A DNA stretch of 64,000 nt from Bugula neritina (GCA_964035545.1 OZ037768.1:13339675-13403674), one strand, 5' to 3'; positions 13,513 through 27,950 are shown, counted from the first letter of the stretch. Program-made: numbers and translations. Notes: generated by a model not told the origin, from the sequence alone.

Positions 13513-15076
13513 TCATTTCTTATCTTTGAACTCGTCATCTGAACTGTCCTGCTCTTCTCTATTAATCACAGAGTCTGGAACGCATGGATAGTTGCCCCAG
13601 TGGTTATATTGTTCGTGGACACCAATCTCATAGTCATTCTTTATCAATCTGCATCTCATACATTTGCAGTTTTCATTCCATTTAACTTGCTTCTTTTCGC
13701 TGTTCATGCTAGACCATTCACTTGACAGTCTGCACTGGGATCTTTTACGATTTATTGGAGGCAGGGCTTTCTTTTGGTTTAATTGTATAATTTTAGACTG
13801 TTCAAAATCAAGTTTGTTAACACCCTCCACTACTAGCCCTTCAATAACTGCCTCAGCTGGAGCTTCATTCCCATGATGCATTGTCTTCTGTTTGCAGATT
13901 TGCTCGTAGTGTATTTGTGGAAGAATAGGAAGTTGAATAAATGATTTAGTATCAGTTGATAGTCTCGTTCTGTATAATAAACCCTAAAATCACATTTCCA
14001 AAATTTTACTAATAACAAAATATTAGTACGCATATTATATTAAGTTTAAGGTAAATAATCATAACATTTATGATCAGTATTAGCACAATTACGATAATGT
14101 GTTGTTTTAATTTATCAGCTTATAAAGAATTACCACTTACTCTGGTTGTCTTGGTTGGCTTTGTTGGAAGAACAGCTGATTTCCATGCTTGAGTTTTGTT
14201 TATTTTAGGAAACTGCACATTCTCCATCAAGTTTTTGTTATGAGTAAAGGTAATGGCACTACCAACTTGTTCCAGGTATTTCTTTGCCAATTGTATCTGC
14301 AGTTTAGATACTTGAATAACAACCGAAAAGCATTCATACTAAATGTTCATCAACAGCCTAAGATGGTATTAGTAAATTTTGTTCAAGTTGAACCTAAATT
14401 GATGGATGAATTTGGTTTATTATACCTACTTGAAGTCTGTTTAAATTAATGAACTCTTGAGCTTAGATAATGTACACTGGCATACAGTAGTATGCACCAG
14501 TATATATGGCTATTTTGTGAGATTTACAAGACTTTGTTTAATTGTGTATAAATAACTTCAGCAAATGGGTAACTGTTAATTTTCTGTGTCTTTATTTAGG
14601 TCATTAATCTGTAAACAAGTCCATATAAGATGGGAAAGGCCATATATAATAAAAAGATATTTTTGTAAAACTATGATTGTTTACATTCTTTGTGAACACA
14701 GAATGAAATACATACATTAAAATTTAATCCCCTGTGCACATAAAAGACTTGATATTTAAAACTTATTAAGGCGGTTAAAGATTGAAAAAGATAGAATACC
14801 ATAATAAAGTTTTGTTTATATATATAAGGAGTTGTGGTACCATATTAATGCAAATACAATAATACACTACCATTATGTTAGACATGAAAAACTTAGTTCA
14901 CAAGATGAAAAACAATTCACTATATTTTAGTAAATTATTCTCACCTGATTCCCTAAATCGAAAAATGTTGAGCCTAGTTTTATCCCAGCATACACAATGG
15001 CCATGAGGCAGTTGATAAACTTCGTGTAGAAGGAAATAATACACCATTTACTAACAGGCATGTGCAGAGAGAAATG
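13513..15076 (-). CDS. Unrecognised multi-exon protein-coding gene (exons ~15076-14945, 14296-14141, 13983-13513; 5' end unresolved, possibly extending to ~15690)
   Basis: Three consecutive open exons joined by phase-0 introns with good splice sites (CAG|gtgaga, ctgcag|, AGA|gtaagt, ttttag|): ...AIVYAGIKLGSTFFDLGNQ|IQLAKKYLEQVG...KPTKTTR|GLLYRTRL...MHHGNE...DDEFKDKK*. Confidence 0.65.
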
Positions 15077-17166
15077 CTATTAATAGTGTAAAGGCACCGA
15101 AGAGGCCAGTTCGTTCAGCAGTGATAAGCTATGTTTCAATTGTGTATTGGGAGGCCCAACCACAGGTTAGTAGTTAAAAACATTCATTCTTTTAATTGGA
15201 AAATCAATATTTATTGACAGAAATATTTCCAATAATTGTTCAGTTACAAAGAGATGACAGTCACAGTGAATTGATTTCTGCACCTCTGTATTCGTTCAAT
15301 ATGATAATAAATTGATTTTTTGTTTTGACAATTTTAATCTATAATAGTTCGGTTTGCTTTTCTCACTGTATCACATGTAGTTCATAATTATTAGGCATGC
15401 TTCATATATGAGTATATGTATATTTATTTACTTAAATAGCAACCATACCAAAGATAGTCATTACCTCTTTCTCTAAGAGTCCAATATCTATAACACTCGT
15501 CATGATATGCCCCATAAAGAAATGCAGTCTTGGAACACCAATCACTATTCATACATCCAAAACTGTACCTTTGTATTGCGATAAAAATTTGGGTGAACCT
15601 CTCTTGTGTAATGCTTTCTGTTTAATTGTGCAAACTGCCAGCATTTTCAGCAAGCAAGTAAGCATGTTGGTGTATTAAATTGAGTCCATTGTTTTTTGTC
15701 ATTGCATTAGTTTACAAACAATACATGGACTAACTTATTGTGTTATCGCAAACAGAACATACTTTCAAATTTATTTTAGTACAATATAAAACAATTTAAA
15801 TGTTATTCTACAACTTTTGGCTGTTTACCAACAAATCAAAAGTTGGCAAATATAATCGTAACAGTGTTTACTGCCCACGGCTTCATTACACCTGACCCAA
15901 TCATCACTTATGCAACTGGTTTAAGACTAGTATGTGTGTTTAACATGTTACAGTTTGACAGTGCACTATTGCCACAACGCAAATAATCACTTAACTATGC
16001 CTACAGCATTTCATTATGAATCTATAATTTATGTTGACATTAATTCCTTGGTACACTCACCTCTACGACATCACTGTGAGGAAGCCTATGATTGTATGTA
16101 CGTGTACATATTACGTACATATAAACAAAGACTGCTGTTTGATTACAAGTTTACTGTACAAAATTTCAACACCACATAAAACATTGATTCAATATTCCAT
16201 AAACATCATAATTATGGATAATTTCATGTCACCTAGTACAAGCTTTTATATGCTTAAATATGAAACAGGGTTGCATTACATGCGTTATGCTGATTTCACA
16301 CTCAACATTAAAAACTATTTCAATACTTGCACTGACATATTATATACATACATGTGTAATACATTGTTATACCTTCAAACATTTAGGAAAATAAATCAAA
16401 TATTAAAGTATATTATTTTGCACTCCAAAGTGGTGGTTCAACAATAGAAACTTTTACTACAAGTAGAATTCTAAGCTGCTAAAACTAAACTTGATACCAT
16501 AAAACAAAATAAAAACTAGTTTTACACAAAAAATGAAGCTGAAATCAAAGCTTTTAGGGACAAAATAATGTTGTGTTATACAAATATTTATAATAATATA
16601 TTCTACTCCACGATGAGTATCTATTTAATTTGAGGCAAAACATGCTGTTCAAGCACAAAACTTTATAAATGTGTGGAAGTACCTTTATTGTCACAAACCA
16701 GAAAAAAAATCTTTTTATATTTGTTTAACCAAAACAACTACAATAGATGGTTTGATATGCATTAATTCAGATCAAATGACAAGTAAAAGAATACAAATCA
16801 AATGATGACAGTCTTACATGATTACTGTACAGGAAACATGCATAAGATTGCCTTATGAGGAAAAGCTTTGTATTGTGTCAAACTATTGTAAAATATCCTA
16901 GATATTTCAAAATTTTATACATGCTTGAATAAAAATGAATTAAAATGGGTAAAACTGAGAACAAAACAAAATAGACACCCCGAAGATCATTTGCAAGACT
17001 AGCATTATATATAAGTATAGATGTATTACTATTATAAATTTGCTGCCCAACAAGATAAAACCTACAGGACACTGTGAATATAGACCTGAACAAGCACCAA
17101 AGTTTATTTAGTTAGAGACTTGGCAAAAAAAATAAAAAAATATTTTAGCTATAAATGGGTAAAAAA

Positions 17167-19946
17167 TTACTTCTTACCAAATTCCATTCCATACAAAAAT
17201 GTAGCAAGAATAACAAGGGTTGCACCAATAAAGAATCCAAAACTTGGCTCGAAGTCATCGAGAAAGTAAAAGGACACCAGTGTAGAGATTAGAATTGATA
17301 TGGAGGTGGCAAAGCCTTTGAGAATATTGTCGGCATACTTGACTACGAGTGCTACAGTGATTCCACTTAATACCTGCGTAACAATACAATACCATAATTA
17401 CTAAAACAAACCAGCTTAGCAAAATTCTACAACTTCAAGATAAGTTGTAGTATAATGTTCATGTTTAGAAAACAATTTAGCAGAACTTATATAAAGTGAA
17501 CGTATATTGTTTGTATGTGAAGGAGTTATATTTCCTTTTTTATTTACTGATAAAATACTTTGATAGACTAAATTTTTAAAATATCATGTTTAAACAGTAT
17601 CAAAAATATTCCTAAATTAGTTCAAAAAATGTCTAGAAGCGAACGAATGGAAGAAAGACACCTTATATAGTAACAATATTTTTAGATATCATTTATGAAT
17701 TTGCAACAAATTTTGAGAATATTTTTTCAGGCGAACTAAAGAATACAAGGCATTTAAAGTAAATATGTTAGTGTAAGTATATGATATATCTTTTCAGCTA
17801 CTTGTGGCTATCAAAAAGCTAGAAACCTTCCAGACATACCCCTAAAAACACAATGAGCCATGTTAAATATGTGTATCCCTGGAAGAAGCCATTGGCAGCC
17901 ACTGTCTCTCCATCCTTCACATATATGGAGGCAAAAGCAATAACTATACTGAAACCACCTACAAAATAAACTCTGTTTATATTTCTTCTAATACATTGTG
18001 TACCATCTTCTAGCACCTTCCCAGCTCTAGTAACCCACATAAATCTCTCAGATCTAATCATAATGAGTTGAACCCCAAGTATATAACCCTTACTTGTGCA
18101 TTACAGTATTCAGATAAAGGTAAGATAACTCACAATAATAAAACTAGTTATATTCACACATCATTTCTGATCAGTCTTTTTTCTTAATAACAATAATACT
18201 TAGAGAAAAAATTCAGTGGTTGAAGACTTTTAACTGACAACACACAATGAGTCAAATAACTGATAACACTAAAAACAGAAGATATTATCTAACTAATCAA
18301 TATTTTCTCGGCAAGATCTGCAATTATACAGATGAAACTTTGCAACTTGTAGATCAGAAAAAGTTAATTTTTTCAAAAGATGTTTTGACGCTTTTGATTG
18401 AAACTTGTATCAATTAAATTTGCAAATACAGCATATCTATGAATATCTATACTTAACGCCCAGAAGGATTTAAAAATAGTTTAACTTGACTCCTGACAAC
18501 TCTTCTGTGATTGATTGCATCGCAACTGCTTTCACTCACACTAACTACTGTAGGTCAACCCTATCACAACTGTACAGCAATAGTGATGTCTTTTTCAGTA
18601 CACAATCAATGCTATTCACAAAACCCGCCTTGTGTTTGGCTGAATATTAATAAACAGAGAGAAATGATCACAATATGTACCTAGTTGTACATTTCTAATC
18701 CAGAGAGACTGGTTAGAACCTTTCAACACTTTTTCAAAATAAACTCCGCTGAAGCCGCTTAGACATGAAGCTGCTACTACGGTCAGCAATCCAATGAAGA
18801 CAGAACCCTCTTTGCTCTTTGCTGCCGACTCAGCTCCCCCACTTTTAGCTAGCTACAAACAAGCTTTAGGTTCTACAACACTATAACCTTTAATATACTT
18901 TACATTAATACAACTACGATGAGACTTTTGCTTGTACTTGGAGGTTAATGGCATCACTCTCCAATCATATTTTGTAGATAAAATAATCATATTGGAAAAA
19001 GAAATCCAATGTAAAAGCTGCCTTTTATTAATACTATTTTATCACTATGATGCCAGATGTGGGTTAAACCTGCATAGATGCATACCTGTACGAGTACAAC
19101 CCCCGAGGTGAGAAGTATGAGAGCGAACCATTGGCTAATTCTCAGCCTTTTGTGAAGCATAGCCACGGACAGTAAAGCAGTTGTGAGTATTTTCAGCTGA
19201 TAGCACACCTATGGTCACAATATTACATACACTATTTCTCTTGGATTTATATGTATAGTCTGTTGTGAGATGTAAAGATAGAAGTGAGAGAAACTTGAAC
19301 GAAACATAAATGAATAATAATAGAATTATATAGAGCTGGTACTCTACCTGATAAGTTGCTGAATCTAGATTACTCAATGCGACAAACAACAAACTATTCT
19401 GTATAACATAAAGTAAAGCAGGAACTGACAGTTTTATTGTCTCTCTCGGTTTCTTTAACACTTCACAAGATATAGTTTGAAGTGTAGTAGAGAAACTATA
19501 ACCTGTAGAATTATAAACACTACATGTAGTTGCTGATTTGGGCTATGTGAATCAATTACAAATAATTAAAGCTATTGAAGTATTGGGTTTCGTCACATAA
19601 TATAACCTTTAGTATATTCGGTACAAAATTTTAATGTATACAAGTTTTAAAAATTGTTATCGCAGTTTTATGATTTCCAATGTATATTGAATACATAAAA
19701 CATATAGAGACAATGAGTTAAACAAAAGTAGTTTAGCGATAACCCACCTTTTTCTGCAAACAGCATTGACAGTGTGATCAGCATTTTAAAGATTTCAACC
19801 AATGCTACAACAGTACTTGGTAAATATGGGCTGTCTCTATTGGTGGCTCTAGAATATCTTGTAGCCACAACATGACTTGCAGTTTGTAGAGATAAGAAAG
19901 AAAGACTTGCATACTTCATATGCAGTGCCACTTTCCTGCCGGACAT
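17167..19946 (-). CDS. SLC35A-family nucleotide-sugar transporter, UDP-Gal/UDP-GlcNAc type (exons 19946-19748, 19502-19348, 19208-19086, 18852-18681, 17958-17840, 17373-17167)
   Basis: Motifs [53 protein letters not shown] and [15 protein letters not shown]. All introns are GT-AG and in phase. The last exon either reads to GKK* or splices at 17178. Confidence 0.95.
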
Positions 19947-20688
19947 CTTGACCTTTTGAAAAAAATAAATTCACTATTCACCAGAATCTAGATGTTTAAC
20001 AATTACAGAAAAAACTGCAATCATAACAAACAATACTATATAGATTATAGACTAATAGCTAAATAAAAAACTCAAGCATTCACTTTGCACAAAAATTTGG
20101 CTATAAATAATAATTAGAATAATTTAAACTGAAAATTTCAGCATGAGTGTTACACTGTTGGTGTTTGTGAAGCTCAAACTAAGGTTTAATGGCTACAAAA
20201 ACTCAAAAAGTGTTTTATAGCTTTAAAAAAGTATGCCATTTATTTATCATAATTATTGGCGCAAGATTTACAGTTGTTATCTTCCATGTTTACTTCACAA
20301 ATAGTAATCAGTGATATTCAAAGTAAAAATTGTGAAGTGAATTGAAGTGATTACGGAGGCATCAAATTTTGTTAATTTATCAAAATGGTTACATAATGGT
20401 GAATGGTCAAAAGTCTAGTTTACACCAGATTAACTCATGTGCGCTTTAGTTTAATATGTTTTTTATAAATGATACACTTTTATGAGGGAATTTTTGTTGT
20501 TGCTTATTATATGCCAATGAGATCCTATGCGGAATAGTTTTACTACAATAAGATACAACCACACGGCATGAATGGTTAATAAAATAGAGCATAATTGATG
20601 ATTCATCTAAATGTGTAAAATATGTAGAAATGTAAAACATAATTCTACTTTTTACTCTTCTTGAACAAAATTCTGTAATGCTCCAAGG

Positions 20689-20922
20689 AGATAGTTTAAA
20701 GTGTCTAGGTGTTGTGACTCAAAGTAATTTTAAATGACATATACACATAGAATATATTGTCTGCACTAGTAAGAAGGTATTAAGTTTTATCACTTTTCAA
20801 TACTCAAAGACCAAATTAATAGCTTACAGTGCAGTTGTGTGTCCAGTTATAGAATATGCATGTCAGGTCTGGACTTCATATGATAGAGTATTAATAGGTC
20901 AGCTAGAATCAGTTCAATGAAA
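20689..20922 (+). mobile_element. LINE reverse transcriptase C-terminal fragment (decayed)
   Basis: LKCLGVVTQSNFK*HIHI...KTKLIAYSAVVCPVIEYACQVW...QLESVQ matches the YLG...RP.LEY...W region of CR1/L2-like LINEs. Confidence 0.8.
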
Positions 20923-21834
20923 GTAAATTCTATCATATAGTTTTAATACCTGAGTTCATAAAAAAGCTATATGCTAATTTTTTTAAAAGACTTTGCTCTG
21001 CATTTTTTGCTGAATCAAACCTGAATCAAATTTTCTAACTTGCTCAAACTTTTAAGATGGAATACATTTTCAAAAAAATGGTGTTTGGATGGCGCATGAT
21101 TTATTAACTATAAATTATTGCTGCCATTTTAAGTGACTGTGTTTTGTGGTCATGGCTGATTATCAGCCACATAGCAAGTGCTACTATAATTATTACTATC
21201 ACTATGACATATATGTACATTAGCCTTTAGGCTTAGTTTTTATAGAAAAAACTTTTATACATGTATAATTGCATTCATACAATAACAATGACAACAACTA
21301 CTAGTATCACAATGCAAAAGAGTAAAGAGAGTATTGAATTAACCTGTAAATATACTATGAGCTTATAGTTATAGTAATAACTAGAAAAGTTAAATCATAC
21401 AAAACTAAATAATAGTTATAATATAAAATCAAATTTAAATAAAATAAAATTTCAAATAAATGTAACAGTAAAACTAAAAGGTAATGCAACAAATGCAATT
21501 GTAAAATAATCACGACCAAAATGAATATGATAATCATAATGATATTGATAATGAGTTAATGATTACAATAATCATTATCGTAAGCCAAAATAATAATCAT
21601 AATGATCAGGTAATAATAATTAATATTAATGATAAAATATCATTATTACTGTTAGTGTTACTATTCGACTTAGAGTTAGTAAAACCAATAGTAATACCTG
21701 TCGATGTTATTTCCACACTGGACCTCCCTAGAGGGAAGAAGGGGTGTGCCTCATATAAAAAACTAAGTTGTCAGTACTTGGACAGTAATCTAAAAAGTGT
21801 TAACATTCTTGTGCAGATTAACTTAACAGGCTAA

Positions 21835-22467
21835 CTAGCCTGTCTGTGTGTGATCAGTGCTGATCCTCATATCTCTTATTGTTCTTGGGAGAAAACTATA
21901 AAGATACCCATTCTTGTTCGCTCTCACTGATCTGGGAAATCCTGCAACCTGAGACCGAGTCTGTACAGTGCTTGTGGTCCGCTGATCTAGAAAATCATCA
22001 TAGGCAGCACTCAGAGTTGGATGTAGTTCTTCCTTAGACAATATTTTTAGGAGAAGGCTGATGCGTCGGTTTTTCCTCCTTAGATCAAGCGGCTCTAAAC
22101 ACAGCTTTTTCATCTCTTCCCCAATATCAGTTCTTCCTTTGCTGTTAGAGATAAAACGCACAGCACATGTTTGAACATTCTCCATTATATTTATATGATT
22201 TTTGCTAGATGGGTCCCAGGCTGCACTGGCATATTCCAAGTGTGGGAGACAGAGGGCTTTGTAGGCAATAAGCTTTGCTCTCCTGGGGGCCCAGTAGAGT
22301 GAACGTTTTATCATACCCAATTGCCGTTTTGCAACAAGAACCTTTTTTAGGATGTGTTGGTCAAATTTACAGTCTGACTGCAGTGTTACACCAAGGTATT
22401 TGGTTGAGTCAACATGATCCAACACTGATCCACTGAGCTTGTATCGGGGAGTGTCGGTCTTAGGGTT
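21835..22467 (-). mobile_element. 5'-truncated LINE, ORF2 C-terminus
   Basis: KYLGVTLQSD...KLIAYKALCLPHLEYASAAWDP...YSFLPRTIRD, flanked by low-complexity AT microsatellite-like tracts. Confidence 0.92.
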
Positions 22468-24199
22468 AAAGCTGATTATCTTGCTCTTGGAGATGGTAAT
22501 TACTAATGAGTAATACTAATAGTAATAGTATGAATATCACTATCAAATTGAGATTCGGTATTACTATCACAGTATCAGTATCACTATCAGTATCACTGTC
22601 AGTATGAGTATGAGTATCAGGAGGTATGACTATGAATATAAGACTAAATATTACCAATAGTTAGATAAAAACTACGAATCTATGTATTTGGAGTAATTTA
22701 TGATCTATGATACTCTATGCCTAAAACGTTTCAAATCCATTTTGCTTTTGGCACAGAAATACAAGTCAAACATTATATTTAGTGATGGACTTCCAACTTC
22801 ATATTAATTTAATACATAGGGCTAGGCAGACTGTGCTGAATACTGCTAGAAGCAGCACCTAGTTGGAGGTAACAATTTGCACACGTATCGTTGTTCAAGT
22901 CTAAACCCTGCACCCAACTTCGAGATTCTCGAATCAACGCACTCAGTAGCTACCAATTCGGTGCTGCTTCAAGCAGCTACAGCTTGGTACCCGTTGCAGG
23001 TTTCTATTTTAATAGACGATGTTTTCATCGTTTGTACACATAAAAGCCGAGTTTTTGCCATTTGTTTCGCATTTTTACGCGGCCTAGGTTTTACAACCAT
23101 ATTAGCGATCCCGTTTTAGCTAAAAGGTAAAATTGACAACCAACGTGATCTGTTCATTTGAACCCTTTTATAACGAAAGCCAAAATGGAATGCAGGGTGA
23201 TTATTCCGTGATAATTATATTAAATTTAATATAAATATTCCTATATTATATTGTATAAAATTAAATTTTATATAATTGCATATGCTGAAATAAAAATGCA
23301 GGTGTCGAAAGGCCACAGGGCCCGTGTCACGGTGTCAGATAATAATATTAATAATTATTATCTAAATGATTATATTTATGATATTAATTTAAATTATTGA
23401 TATTCATATAGTTACTTACATCAATGGTGACATCGCGCTAGACCGCTAGTGGCATAAGCCTAAAGAGCGCGCCTCAGTTTTTGGTTATGATTGAGCAGTA
23501 GAATAATACTTTTTAACAGTGTATCAAATCTCATAGGTAGGGCATATTCATATTGCTTCAAAGAGGGTGTATTAACCCATTCAGTAATTTGTCATAAGCA
23601 TTTCTTTTTTTGTATTATTTTTAATTTTATGCATGGTGTAACCATCGCAAAAAATAGATATAATCATAATGATAATGATTAAATTTAATGATATTCATAT
23701 TGATAATCATTATGAATGAGTTTATGAATCATTATCAAATTCGATAATAATAAATATTATTATTATAATCAGATTAATTATTCTTGCTGAGTGCCTCTTA
23801 ACAGAAATATATTGTGCAGAAACTCTTTAGTTTGAGTTTTACTTTTAGCTTAAAGTTAATGGTTTTTTATTTGATGATGATGATGAACTCTATATTTGAT
23901 AAAATGATACACGAAAAAAATACCTCTATTTACAGGCAATGATGAAAGGTTAATATTTTCGAATGTATAAAATACAATCTACAGTATAATTGCGTTCTGT
24001 ACAACAGTTTTCACAAATATTATAAGGTTCCTATTGATATAATATTATGAAATACAGTATGAAAATAAAGATTGTATTGAGTATTAGAATGGCAATTATT
24101 TGAGATTTCTTTCAAAGGAGTTATGTCAGTGATTGTGCTGCGTATTATCTTAGGTTTATGTCTGTGGCACTGGTCTCCATTTCATAAACAACAGATGGC

Positions 24200-24470
24200 C
24201 CTAGTCGCCGCAATACCAAACCTCAAGCACCAGTTTGTAACTTTAGGTTATAGCGTTGCCAGTTACGCCCCAGTGGAGGTATAGCCTTGTTATAGCCTGG
24301 CCTTGGCTTGTCATCTGATCTGGGTAATTAGAACATCAGTCTTCTAGTGAGATTCAGGAATAAAATGACTGATACCCAGCACGGTTTTGTTTATGGTCTC
24401 CCCATGATTCATGACGAGCATTGAGGTCGCCAAGTAACATGAGACCATCTACTTTCATGGATGGCATCTG
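24200..24470 (-). mobile_element. LINE APE-endonuclease fragment
   Basis: The minus strand reads LMLLGDLNARHESWGDHKQNRAG, the GD(F/L)NA..W motif, and then degenerates. Confidence 0.8.
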
Positions 24471-24639
24471 GTTTATGATGTTCTGTGTTTTCTGCTCCGA
24501 TATTCCGGTTTTTTATTTACCACTTGGATTTTTTCTTTCTCCTTCTACCCCTTCCTTTTTTCTTTTTTTCCTTCCCTATCTTTTTTTTCAAAATACTGCA
24601 ACTTGTCTACATCATTTTTTTAAAATTTTATTAGTCATT

Positions 24640-26273
24640 TGTTAAATTCTAGACGGCAGCCCCAAGCTGCCTTCGTGACCTCCTACCACCCTTGCGTCAC
24701 ACCAAACGCCGACTCGGCTTGCCCCACACAAGCCAACGCAGTTTGGCTCCCCAAACTGCCAAGCAGTTAACACCAACGACTACACTAGTAGCCCCCAACC
24801 AGTACCACTTTACTGGTAGGCAACTAAACTGAAATTACAAATAAGATTTAAGACTAACACCACCACCACCCGCTAACTGACCCAAAGTTCACTCGTTTCC
24901 AGTATCAACCAGACACGGGAAACTTCGATTGTTCAAACCAGCCTAGACAACTAGCATTCGGCCTGATGTTAATTAAACGCCAGCTGCCCTCGACAGGTCC
25001 AACCTGCCACCCGGCACACATGCACCACTCAGCAACTCTCTTGGGAGAAAGTTGCCACTTTCGGTAAGCTCGGCTTGCTTGATTTCCATCGGGGAAGGTG
25101 TGCCGCCCCAGTCTGCACCTCTCACCAGAAAATCCTGCGCACTGCAGCTGCCTGCAGGTAGCTGCTGATGTAGTGCTTGATGCTCCCACACCGAAAACAC
25201 CCGGACCTCCTGGCTCCCCTTGCACTAGGTGCCTTACGTTTTGTAGTGCAGTCCTTCACTTTGTGAGGACCACCTCAAGGATAGCAAGCATTGCTACCCA
25301 GCTGCTGCTTCCCAGAAGCAACCACACCCTGGCCTACCTTGTTACGGCTGGCCACCGCTCTCCGCTAGACCACCTTGTCTCGCACCCGTGCCAACACTGA
25401 CCAAAAATCGGCGGTGTAGGTGAGGTCGTCGGTCACTGCCCACTCGTGAATTGCAGGCGCAAGCCTTCATAGAGCTGAGCTCAAAAGCTCAGGTCGTTGC
25501 AGGACATGCCAACCTTGCGGCCGAACTGCTCCAAGCGGTTCAAGAAAAGGTCAATGGTGTCACCTTCCATCCTAGTGGACACAAACTTGCGCCATGCCTC
25601 CTGCCTGGGCATAGTATACTTGGCCATGGGGGCTGCCTTCACGACGTCTCACTGGGACGCCTCCCCCACCATCATTCTGTTGTACACGCGGGCAGCATTG
25701 CCGCCCAGCATGTACACTAGGAGATCTGTCGGAGAAATATTCTTCACATGACAGTACCCCTTGTGCTTTGCCAGCCACTCTGAGATATCCTCGCTTCCAT
25801 CTCCGATGAAGGAATTCGCTAATTGACGAACCGTAGTAAGAATTGGTCCTCTAGCCTGGTTTAGCATGGTAGCTAACATCTCCACGTCCACAAGGAATGG
25901 CACAGCCTCAGCTGCTGAGGTTGAAGGCACAGCCATGCTGGCTGCGCTGTCAGCCCCCAAGCTCTGGGCCACATTTCCAGAGTCCACATGTCCTTCCCTA
26001 AGCGTGGACATTTTAAACTAAGTATAATAAGAAAAGTATACAGCCGAAATAGCTTGTTAAATGATAGACGGCAGCTCCAAGTTGCCTTCGTGGCCACTAC
26101 TACCCCTGCGTCACACCCAGCGCCACCTCGGCTTGCCCCACACAAGCCAACGCAGTTTGGCTCCCCAAATTGCCAAGCAGTTAACACTAACGACTACACC
26201 GGTAGCCCCCTACCAGTGCCATTTTACTGGTAGGCAACTAAACTTAAATTACAAATAGGATTAAAGACCAACA
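24640..26273 (-). mobile_element. Small LTR element with two ~220-bp LTRs and a decayed gag only
   Basis: Direct repeats at 24640-24859 and 26055-26273 (TGTT...AACA, about 89% identical by eye). Internal gag from 26011 has FIGDGSEDISEWL and two damaged zinc knuckles (CYP*GGPHKVKDC, CFRCGSIKHYISSY). A G-rich tract precedes the 3' LTR. No TSD seen. Confidence 0.88.
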
Positions 26274-26699
26274 ATAACTAGAATATTATGTATGTGCAAC
26301 TAACTACTTACAGACAATGATAATTAAATTGTGACTAATATAAGTATAATAATATAACTATTCTAAGAGATGACGAAGCAAAATGATAACATAGCAGACC
26401 ACACGTCCTTCATGGAGCAACAGCAATTTTGAAGTGGCCGTGAGTCATCCAACATGGCCGTTCAACCGGAACACACAACTAGCATGGTCGGTCCGGGAGG
26501 ACAACTCACATTATTGTTTATGTATTGTTTTATTTCTGCTCATTCTCAGACATGAAAAAATATTTCCATCACTTCTTATATCTCTGATAGTTTTGGGCCA
26601 AAATGAGTGAAAGTAAGTCGGTGATCATATACTTATAGCTGGCAGGGACTTTTGCTGTTTAGTGTCATAAGAATGAGCAAACTGCAGAGTAGCTTGCAG

Positions 26700-27950
26700 T
26701 GTTAGCTAACACACTGGTTCTCTGAGCCTCAAACAAGTTTAACTCCTCGACTTTCTACGCTCCTGTAAAGTACCTATATTTGTGTCATATCTCAATTTGG
26801 ACATGCTCACTGGTGACTTACTCAATAAATAAAACGTGATTTATTTTGGAACTTTTCAATCTTTAAGTAAGGATCCTAGACCTGGCAGGCATACTAAAGG
26901 TTTTGAACATACCAGAGTTTTATAAGCCACCAATCTGGTTTCAGCGTGAGGAGTTTTCAAAACCTGAGTCAGCATTCCTTGCACGCGACTAGATTTAGAT
27001 ATTATTTTGTTGATAAGTTTGTCAAATTTTGAGTCATTGCTCAATTCTACACAGAAATATGGATGAGAAATGGGACTACTTACTCACTTGTTATTTAAAA
27101 GAATAACTTTGTTTGAAGTTGCTTTCTTCAACAGAAAGAACAACACATTTTTTTAAGTTAAAAAAAGTTGCTCTGTGTGAGACCAGATTTCTAGAATCTA
27201 GATCTGTTGCCAAAACATCACTTTTATTTTGAGTGTTAAACAGAAAGGCGTCATCTGCAAAAAGTCTGCATTGAGATGCAATGCAATTTGGGAGATTATT
27301 TATATAAAAATAAACAACTGCCCGAGAACAGATCCGGGGAACCCCAGAAAATACAGAGCAAGTGTGAGACGGTACACCATCAACCACTACCAGCTGCTTT
27401 CTGTCTGAAAGAAACTAGCGTATCCATGAGATACAAGTAGTGTTTATACCTATTTTGTCCAGCTTGAATAACAATTTTTGATGGTTCACTGAATCAAAAG
27501 CTTTAAAACAATCAAGAATCAAGATCAGTTATTGCACCATTTTCTTCATTTATAGCCCACTCATTGACTGTGTAGACTAGTTGTGTTACACATGATCGGT
27601 GTTTCCGAAAACTAGGTTGGGCATCAGTTGGTAGGTTATTGTTGGCTAGAAAGTGATGTGTATGTAATACATGTTCCAAAAGTTTGCAGGTTATACAAGT
27701 CAATGAGATTGGCCTATACTTGTTCGGTTTCTGTCTTCTCCCTTTTTTATAAACAGGGTTAACTTTAGCTATTTTCCTTATGTTGGGAAGAGAGCTAGTG
27801 GCTATGGGGTAATTAAAAATTGTAGTAGGTGCAGGAAAATACAAAAGGCAAAGATTTTCAAAAGTATACCAGTCAAATTGTCTGGGCTGCAAGACTTCGG
27901 AACTTGGATGTTATTTAGTAATTTTAGCACACCATTCTCCATTATGTTTC
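26700..27950 (-). mobile_element. LINE ORF2 reverse transcriptase, frameshifted
   Basis: KVNPVYKKG...YRPISLTCITCKLLEH...FRKHRSCVTQL; SGVP; CRLFADDA; RLVAYKTLV. Confidence 0.93.

Noticed and set aside
15549-15551. In-frame TGA in an upstream frame of the orphan gene (selenocysteine?)
   Set aside because: The frame is not established, there is no redox motif and no SECIS was identified.
15822-15871. Two TGTTTAC forkhead sites upstream of the orphan gene
   Set aside because: Short AT-rich motifs are expected by chance; there is no independent support.
15934-16447. Overlapping plus-strand ORFs
   Set aside because: AT-rich, composition-driven peptides with no splice or homology support.
21355-21834. 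Hydrophobic ORFs at 21355 and 21559 (also 22466, 36417)
   Set aside because: They are translations of low-complexity microsatellite-like DNA.
25098-26258. Several plus-strand ORFs
   Set aside because: Antisense shadows of the GC-rich gag and LTR.
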